Source of the DNA: Candidatus Latescibacterota bacterium
GTDB taxonomy: Bacteria > Latescibacterota > UBA2968 > UBA8231
Reading direction: 5' to 3'
DNA length: 64,000 bases
Assembly: GCA_965197905.1 (NCBI GenBank)
Contig: CBDAOB010000005.1
Location: 1,152,001 to 1,216,000 of the forward strand
A program made the position numbers and the translations under genes. How positions within the stretch are numbered: position 1 is the stretch's first letter; each line of letters starts with the position of its first letter. Below the pieces are notes generated by a model, which was not told where the DNA came from, ran no database searches, and worked only from the letters and a program-made list of their open reading frames with translations. Of the stretch, positions 57,682-64,000 are shown piece after piece.

Positions 57682-59166
57682 ATGAGGGGAACGGCGGCAA
57701 GGCGATTGAGTCAGCGACCGAATATACTCTGGCTGTGCACGGACCAGCAGCGCTACGACACGATCGGTGCTTTGGGAAACCCGTATGTTTCGACTCCCAA
57801 CATCGACCGCCTCGTACAGGAAGGCATGGCTTTCGAACGTGCCTACTGCCAGAGCCCCATCTGTACCCCCAGCAGAGTCAGTTTTCTCACCGGCATGTAC
57901 GCCAGTGCGATTCACGTCAATGGCAATGGTGCAGAAGCGATGCCCGCCGGCCATCCTCCACTTGTGACTAAACTGCTGGCGAATGCAGGATACGATTGCG
58001 GGTTGATCGGCAAGTTGCATCTCAGCAGCGCCTGGGGACGTACGGAAGTGAGGACTGACGATGGGTACAGATACTGGGAGTATAGCCACGCTCCGCGGGA
58101 TGACTGGCCCATCGGCCACCGGTACGCCGATTGGGTGCGTTCGAAAGGCGAGATTCTAGGTGATCTTATCAAAGATCCCGAAGGGGTCCCAGCTGAGCTG
58201 CATCAGACGACCTGGTGTGCCGAGAAGACGATGGAATTCATTGGCCAGGAACGCTCGGGGCCATGGGCTGCCAGCGTGAACATGTATTATCCGCATCCGT
58301 ACTTCAATCCGCCGGAAACCTATCGCGATCAGTTCGAACCCTCCGACATGCCGGCGCCTCTGTTCCGCGAATCGGATCTGCTGCAACAAGAAAAGTTGGC
58401 GGGGGTCGATTTCCAGTCACTCGGCCGGCGCCCGGAGGAACTGGACATGGAGTCGCCAGTGCTTCCGAAACCGCCAGAACTCGACGTCTGGCCCGCCGAT
58501 TCAATCGCCGTCAGGCGGGATGCGCAGACCTTGAAAGCCGCCTATTACGCTATGATAAAGCTGGTGGACGACCAGGTCGGCCGGATTCTGAATTACCTTA
58601 TCGAGACCCGACAACGCGAGAACACCCTGGTTGTGTTTAACAGCGACCATGGCGAGATGTTGGGCGACCACGGATTGATCCAGAAGGGATGCCGATTTTA
58701 CGAAGGGCTGGTCAGAGTGCCGTTGATTTTTTCATGGCCCGGCCATGTCCAGGAGGGTGTGTGCTCCAATGCTCTGGTGGAACTGACTGACAAGGCTCCC
58801 ACCTTCCTCGATTTGGCCGGAGCGGGGATTCCCGAACGGATGCACGGCAGATCCCTGGTGCCTCTTCTGATAGGGGAGAACAGTTCCGATTACCACAGAG
58901 ACTTCGTGCGTTGCGAATATTACGATGCCCTCGAAGAGCCCGATCACAGCTTTGCCACAATGTTTCGCGACGAACGTCACAAACTCGTCCTTTATCATGG
59001 GCATGGTCTTGGAGAACTCTACGATCTGGAAGAGGACCCGAACGAATTCGAAAACATGTGGGACGAACCGGAAGCGCAGCCGTTGAAGCTGGAGCTGATG
59101 CAACGCAGCTTCGACGAGTCGGTGCTGCATATGGATAGAGGGCCACGTCGCCTGGGCATGATGTGA
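57682..59166 (+). CDS. Sulfatase (Cys-type, formylglycine-dependent)
   Basis: PNILWLCTDQQR, CTPSR motif, GKLH, SDHGEMLGDHG. Confidence 0.92.
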   Translation: MRGTAARRLSQRPNILWLCTDQQRYDTIGALGNPYVSTPNIDRLVQEGMAFERAYCQSPICTPSRVSFLTGMYASAIHVNGNGAEAMPAGHPPLVTKLLANAGYDCGLIGKLHLSSAWGRTEVRTDDGYRYWEYSHAPRDDWPIGHRYADWVRSKGEILGDLIKDPEGVPAELHQTTWCAEKTMEFIGQERSGPWAASVNMYYPHPYFNPPETYRDQFEPSDMPAPLFRESDLLQQEKLAGVDFQSLGRRPEELDMESPVLPKPPELDVWPADSIAVRRDAQTLKAAYYAMIKLVDDQVGRILNYLIETRQRENTLVVFNSDHGEMLGDHGLIQKGCRFYEGLVRVPLIFSWPGHVQEGVCSNALVELTDKAPTFLDLAGAGIPERMHGRSLVPLLIGENSSDYHRDFVRCEYYDALEEPDHSFATMFRDERHKLVLYHGHGLGELYDLEEDPNEFENMWDEPEAQPLKLELMQRSFDESVLHMDRGPRRLGMM

Positions 59167-59211
59167 CATGCCCGAAGTCCAGCGCAGCAGCGTTCACCAG
59201 CCAGAGATGCC

Positions 59212-60048
59212 GTGACAGCCATTGCCACCCTCAGTGAAACCGCCGAACATCGAGTCTGGCGGTTCCAGGGCTCTAACAGACAAGAGCGAGACGATCTCGT
59301 GACTGTCGAAGAGCCTCTGGAAATTCGCCTCGACGGCGAGGCGCTGGCGGTGGTCATGCGAACCCCGAAGCACGACTTCGAGCTAGCCGCCGGATTCGTA
59401 TTCACGGAAGGGATCGTTCAACATGTATCCGACCTGGGCACCGTTTCGTACTGTCCCCAGGCACAGCCACCCAACCTCCAGAATGTGGTCGACGTCCGGT
59501 TGGCCAGCGGTGTCGAGGTCGACACTACGAAGGTAAAGCGAAATTTCTATGCCACGTCCAGCTGCGGCGTTTGCGGCAAAGCAAGTATCGACGCCATTCG
59601 CACCAACGCTCCGGCAATCGAGGCTGATTTCCAGATCCCGGCTGCTGCCTTGTACGGGCTTCAGGAACGCTTTCGAGAATCACAGAAGGTATTCGAGAAA
59701 ACGGGGTCCCTTCACGCTGCCGCGCTGTTCGACCCCAGCGGAGATCTCCTCATCGTCCGAGAGGACGTAGGCCGCCACAATGCAGTAGACAAGCTTGTCG
59801 GATTTTATGTTTTGCAGGGCAAGGATCTGCCTGAGGAGGTGATCTTAATGGTTAGCGGCCGCACTAGTTTCGAAATCGTTCAAAAGGCGCTTATGGCCGG
59901 AATCCCCGTGGTCGCGGGCGTGTCGGCTCCGTCAAGCCTGGCGATCCAGATGGCGGGTGAAGCCAATATGACATTGATAGGTTTCTTGAGAGGAAATGAA
60001 TTCAACCTGTACTCGGGCCCGCAACGCATCTCGACGAAAGGAACGTGA
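59212..60048 (+). CDS. fdhD: Formate dehydrogenase accessory sulfurtransferase
   Basis: EEPLEI, MRTP, SSCGVCG, TGSLHAA, EDVGRHNAVDK, SAPSSLA. Confidence 0.95.
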   Translation: MTAIATLSETAEHRVWRFQGSNRQERDDLVTVEEPLEIRLDGEALAVVMRTPKHDFELAAGFVFTEGIVQHVSDLGTVSYCPQAQPPNLQNVVDVRLASGVEVDTTKVKRNFYATSSCGVCGKASIDAIRTNAPAIEADFQIPAAALYGLQERFRESQKVFEKTGSLHAAALFDPSGDLLIVREDVGRHNAVDKLVGFYVLQGKDLPEEVILMVSGRTSFEIVQKALMAGIPVVAGVSAPSSLAIQMAGEANMTLIGFLRGNEFNLYSGPQRISTKGT

Positions 60049-60917
60049 TGGCCAAGAAAAAATCCCCAGCCAGACCGAAGTTGCACCTCTGCGCCGCTGC
60101 GTGGACACTCACCGGTTATCCCTCTCCCAAGAAGGAGTGGTCAGTAGATACGAAGGTAAAACGCGCTGCCGAGGCCGGATTCGATGCGATCAGCGGCGCG
60201 GCCAACGAGGAGTGGGTGAAGGCGGCACGGAAATACGGGTTGGGATACGTGGGTGGTGTCGATGTCGGCCGCGAAGGCGAAGCGGAACGCAAGCTGGGAC
60301 TATTCCAGAAGCTCGGCGTAGTTCACGTAAACATTCAGCTCTGCGATCATGACACCGAAACCAAAGATGCCGTAAAGGTCGCTCGCAAGGTGATGCAGGT
60401 CGGCGATGCACTCGATCTCAAGCCGGCTATCGAGGTGCACCGCGATACCTGCACCGAAACCCCGGAAAAGGCGTTTGCCCTCGCCACCGCCTACGAGAAG
60501 CGATACAAGAGCAAACTCAATATGAACTTCGACCATTCCCATCCGGCGATTATCAAACAGGTGCGGCCCCCGGACTTCTGGAAGCGACTCTCTGGCCGGC
60601 TCGATATCCTTCGGAGAGGCGAGCTCATGCACCTGCGTCCGTTTACAGGCAGTCATTGCCAAACGCCCATCACCAACGGTCGCGGCCAGCTGGACGGCGA
60701 TTTTGTCACATGGCGGGACAATTTTTGCCGGCCGTTGCTTGAAGCGTGGCTGAAGGGAGCCGGATCGGGTAGGGACCTCTTCGCCGTAGTCGAGCTGGGT
60801 CCCAAGGGTTCCGGATACGGCCTTGAAATCTTTCCAGACATCTGGAAGGATGCCATTGTCGCGCGCGGCGAGATCGAACGGATCTGGCGCAACCTGCTGC
60901 GCAAGCGGAGGCGATAA
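60048..60917 (+). CDS. Xylose isomerase-like TIM-barrel protein
   Basis: IEVHR, NFDHSH, MHLR, VELGP metal-ligand pattern. Confidence 0.7.
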   Translation: MAKKKSPARPKLHLCAAAWTLTGYPSPKKEWSVDTKVKRAAEAGFDAISGAANEEWVKAARKYGLGYVGGVDVGREGEAERKLGLFQKLGVVHVNIQLCDHDTETKDAVKVARKVMQVGDALDLKPAIEVHRDTCTETPEKAFALATAYEKRYKSKLNMNFDHSHPAIIKQVRPPDFWKRLSGRLDILRRGELMHLRPFTGSHCQTPITNGRGQLDGDFVTWRDNFCRPLLEAWLKGAGSGRDLFAVVELGPKGSGYGLEIFPDIWKDAIVARGEIERIWRNLLRKRRR

Positions 60918-60961
60918 CCGGAGTTCAAAAGCACGAATCATAGACCGCCACAGGTCCAATC

Positions 60962-62269
60962 ATGGTCCAGCTGGTAATTGAGGGGCCAACTGCGCTCCAC
61001 GGCGAGATAGCGGTGTCCGGTGCCAAGAATTCCGTCAGTAAGCTGTTGACGGCATCGATGTTGAGCGCCGACACCTGCTCATTCGACAATGTGCCGAACA
61101 TCGGCGATACCTCTGTTACCCGCGAGATGGCGGAGTCTCTGGGTGCCCGTATCGAAGCTGCCTCGGGCCACTTGGAGATAACCACCCCGGCTATGAGCAA
61201 CGCCGAGGTGCCCGAGGGTCTCGCCAAACGAAATCGGCTTTCGGTCATGATGCTGGCGCCGTTGCTGCACCGCTGCGGAAGGGCGGTCGTGCCCGCGGCA
61301 GGAGGCGACAAGATCGGTGCCCGCCCGGTTGACTTCCACCTGGACGCCTATCGCAAGATGGGAGCTCGGATCGACGACAACGGCCAGGTTTACGTGGCCG
61401 CTGCGGACGAACTAACGGGTGCCGATCTGACCCTGCCCTACCCGAGTGTTACCGCTACCGAGAACATCCTGATGGCCGCCACCCTCGCCCGCGGCACCAC
61501 CTACATTCGCAATGCCGCAATCGAACCGGAGGTGCTTGACCTGGCCATGTTTTTGCAGAAGATGGGGGCCATCATCGATTACACCGTCGATCGCACCTTC
61601 GCCATCGAGGGCGTTTCTCGGCTGACCGGAGCGACCCATCACATCATGCCCGATCGCCTGGTGAGCGCTTCTCTGGGTACAGCAGCGGTCGCCTCCGGCG
61701 GAGACGTCTTTGTTCGTGGGGCGAGGCAGGAGGACCTGCTGACCTTTCTGAACACCCTGCGGCGTGTAGGTGGTCAATACGAGGTGGACAGTCAAGGCAT
61801 CCGTTTCTATCGCAGCGGAGCGTTGCGTTCCATCGCGCTGGAAACGACGGTGCATCCGGGGTTCATGACCGATTGGCAGCCCGCGTTCGCCATACTGCTG
61901 ACGCAGGCGTCGGGCATGTCGGTCATTCACGAGACGGTGTTCGAGGATCGCTTCGTTTACGTGACCGACCTTAGCAAGATGGGCGCCGACATGGAGCTGT
62001 ACGAGACCTGTCTTGGCAACAGCTACTGTCGCTTCAATACGCGAGGAAACAAACACAGCGCCGTCATCAAAGGGCCCACACGCCTCAAGGCGGGCGAGAT
62101 CGAGATTCCAGACGTGCGCGCCGGCTTTTCCCACCTCATTGCAGCCATCATCGCCGAGGGACGATCGACCGTACGAGGGATCGAGGAGCTAGACCGTGGC
62201 TACGAGCAGATAGATGTGGGTCTCGAGCGGTTGGGTGCACGAATCCGGCGCGAATGCAAACAGGAGTGA
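60962..62269 (+). CDS. murA: UDP-N-acetylglucosamine 1-carboxyvinyltransferase (Asp-type)
   Basis: SGAKN, GGDKIGARPVDFH, PSVTATEN, NAAIEPE, HPGFMTD, DRGYE. Confidence 0.95.
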   Translation: MVQLVIEGPTALHGEIAVSGAKNSVSKLLTASMLSADTCSFDNVPNIGDTSVTREMAESLGARIEAASGHLEITTPAMSNAEVPEGLAKRNRLSVMMLAPLLHRCGRAVVPAAGGDKIGARPVDFHLDAYRKMGARIDDNGQVYVAAADELTGADLTLPYPSVTATENILMAATLARGTTYIRNAAIEPEVLDLAMFLQKMGAIIDYTVDRTFAIEGVSRLTGATHHIMPDRLVSASLGTAAVASGGDVFVRGARQEDLLTFLNTLRRVGGQYEVDSQGIRFYRSGALRSIALETTVHPGFMTDWQPAFAILLTQASGMSVIHETVFEDRFVYVTDLSKMGADMELYETCLGNSYCRFNTRGNKHSAVIKGPTRLKAGEIEIPDVRAGFSHLIAAIIAEGRSTVRGIEELDRGYEQIDVGLERLGARIRRECKQE

Positions 62270-62327
62270 TCGCCGGGCACGACAAAGCGTGGTCGCCACG
62301 AGCCCTAGTCCTCACTCCTGCGAGCGG

Positions 62328-62976
62328 TTATTGTCGGAGCGGATTTTTCGGAAAGTAAGTCACCCGCGGCGGATCCGTAGTCGTGCTCACCCGTTGATCG
62401 ATCATGCTGCGCAGGCTCTCTTTAGCATCACCAAGGAGCGCCTCCCCGTGGCCGGGGAGCAAGTTTCTAAAATCGACATCGAGCAGGTGATCCAGCGTTT
62501 CCCACGGCTGGGGATGTCCCGTGGGATGTCCACCCAGGGCGAGGTCATCTGGAGCCCATTTCGCCGTTGTGCCGAGTGCATCGCCCACCACCAGGGTGCC
62601 TCCATGACAGGGCGCCAACAGTACCTGCTCTCCTCGAGTCAGCCCCGGCACACCGATAGCTCTCAAGCCCAAAGGTAGCTCCGCTCCATCGCCGAAGGTC
62701 TGGAACGACTCCAGGGTTCTATCATGCAGGTGTCTTCAGCGGGCACCAAGACTGAGCGCCGGTCCGCTTTGCGAAGAGATGCGCCTGGCGTTCGTGCCAG
62801 CCCACGGTAAGCACGATGGCAACGACGTCGTCGGCTGCGGTGATGTCATCCAAGCCAAACGCCTCCATCCGATCTATAAGTACGCTGCCACCTGGAAAAC
62901 GCAGCCAGTAGGACTCGAGGGACCATTGGGGCTAGACGACGCTCCAGGTGAATATTCCAGGCAGGACCTCATGCAT
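62328..62976 (-). pseudogene. Disrupted MBL-fold metallo-hydrolase-like gene
   Basis: AGGAGG RBS and ATG 62976 (MHEVLPGIFTWSVV*PQWSLESYWLR..SVLID..IVLTVGWHER). In-frame TAG at 62932-62934, two frameshifts near 62715-62760, then VVGDAL...LLPGHG. Confidence 0.65.
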
Positions 62977-62988
62977 GATGCTAGCCTC

Positions 62989-63459
62989 CTAAGCGGAAAA
63001 ATCACCTATCTGGGGCTTGGCGACTTGCAGATAATCTGCCACAGCCATAATGACGGAGTCGGTAAGAGAACCGGCGTTGAAGGCAATGGTGTGGTTGTCG
63101 ACGACAGACCGGTCCACGTGAAGCTCGAACGGGGTTATGGGAGGGCCGAACGGTGGCACGGATCCGGGAACAAGATCAGCAAGCTCGAACAGCTCTTCCC
63201 TGGTGGCAAAGCGGAGTTTCTTAGCCTGAAATCGCTTCTTGATCGATACCGAGTCTACCTTCAGTGCCGCGCTCACAATGAAAAGCTTGAATTCGGTGCC
63301 AACCTTCATGACGATCGCCTTGCCGCCGATCTCGAGGTTTTCTCCCCGCGCCGCCGCCGCTGCTTCGGAGGTGTCAGTTGGTTCGTGATGAACCTCGCGG
63401 TATGACACAGACCGCTCGTCCAAGAGCAGCCGTATCGCCGTGAGAGTGTCAGCGCTCAA
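62989..63459 (-). CDS. YbaK/prolyl-tRNA editing (aminoacyl-tRNA deacylase) family protein
   Basis: TSEAAA, GGKAIV, LRFAT, PGSVPPFG, FNAG; TTG 63459 overlaps the upstream TGA. Confidence 0.85.
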   Translation of the reverse strand: MSADTLTAIRLLLDERSVSYREVHHEPTDTSEAAAAARGENLEIGGKAIVMKVGTEFKLFIVSAALKVDSVSIKKRFQAKKLRFATREELFELADLVPGSVPPFGPPITPFELHVDRSVVDNHTIAFNAGSLTDSVIMAVADYLQVAKPQIGDFSA

Positions 63460-64000
63460 CGGGAAACAGGCTCGATTCCAACTCGGGCAACGGCATCGAG
63501 CACTGCCGAGCGCTGTTCCTCGGCGAGGGGGAGTCGTGGAGGCCTCGGGTTGCCGCAATCAACACCCAAACGCCAGCTCAACACTGCCTTCTCCACTCGG
63601 GGATTGCCATATTTCCGCACCAGGTCGACGATTTCCGAAGCGTGCTCCTGAGCCTTGGCAGCCCTGTCAGAGTCCTTGTCCCGCACGGCATTCCCAAACC
63701 TCGAGCCAGAGCTCCGGGGCCATGCATAACGGACCGTCGATACAACCAACCGCACCTAGTGCCATTGCCGGCACCATCATCTGTCCGCTCCCCATAAAAC
63801 AGATGAATCCCGCTCTGGCGAATTCTCTGAGGTGGTAGAGATTGTGCGACGAGTGTTTTAACCCGATCAGCTCGGGGACCCTGTCACGAGCCTTCGAAAC
63901 GAATTCAGGAGTCACTGTGAAACCGGTGCACTCCGGCAGGTTGTAGGCAAAAAACGGGAGGGAAGCGGCACCCGCCACCAGGCGGAAATGCTCGATCGCC
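63456..64000 (-). CDS. Dihydrodipicolinate synthase/N-acetylneuraminate lyase family (3' part), one-base frameshift near 63694
   Basis: FAYNLP, IGLKHSS, GAVGCI. Removing one base of the CCC at 63693-63695 joins it to ..NAVRDKD..GNPRPPRLPL. Confidence 0.8.

Noticed and set aside
62932..62934. Amber readthrough or pyrrolysine codon
   Set aside because: The same gene also has frameshifts, TAG ends many normal genes here, and no pyl genes are seen
1..64000. Prophage, IS element, integron, tRNA or rRNA genes, and the many short overlapping ORFs
   Set aside because: No recognisable motifs seen by eye; the short ORFs are expected shadows in GC-rich DNA

Overview
A GC-rich bacterial chromosome segment with about 55 CDS. 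A decayed gene with a C-terminal FlgD-Ig-like domain, a sulfatase and TMTC-like GT-C/TPR proteins suggest a diderm FCB-group organism such as Latescibacterota or Gemmatimonadota (inference). Housekeeping genes: mnmA, serS, folD, rnhA, lpdA, CCA-adding enzyme, murA, speD, fdhD. Also present: a 10-gene Mrp/Mnh antiporter operon, a hydantoinase A/B plus D-aminoacylase cluster, a sigma-54 two-component operon and a nurA-HAS-herA operon. I recognised no tRNA, rRNA, CRISPR array, integrase or transposase. Most notable: (1) an unannotated two-gene operon (38297-42150) whose proteins share a C-terminal domain resembling CLec/FGE-like folds, one also carrying an acidic region and about 22.6 copies of a 14-aa repeat; (2) two sigma-54 promoters that share tandem upstream CTCAG-W4-CTGAG-like boxes, defining a candidate regulon; (3) structured intergenic RNA candidates on both sides of an atypical HD-domain gene; (4) a SerRS with altered active-site motifs and an Asp-type MurA. 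Several single-base frameshifts look like long-read assembly errors. All family calls come from motif recognition by eye, not database searches.
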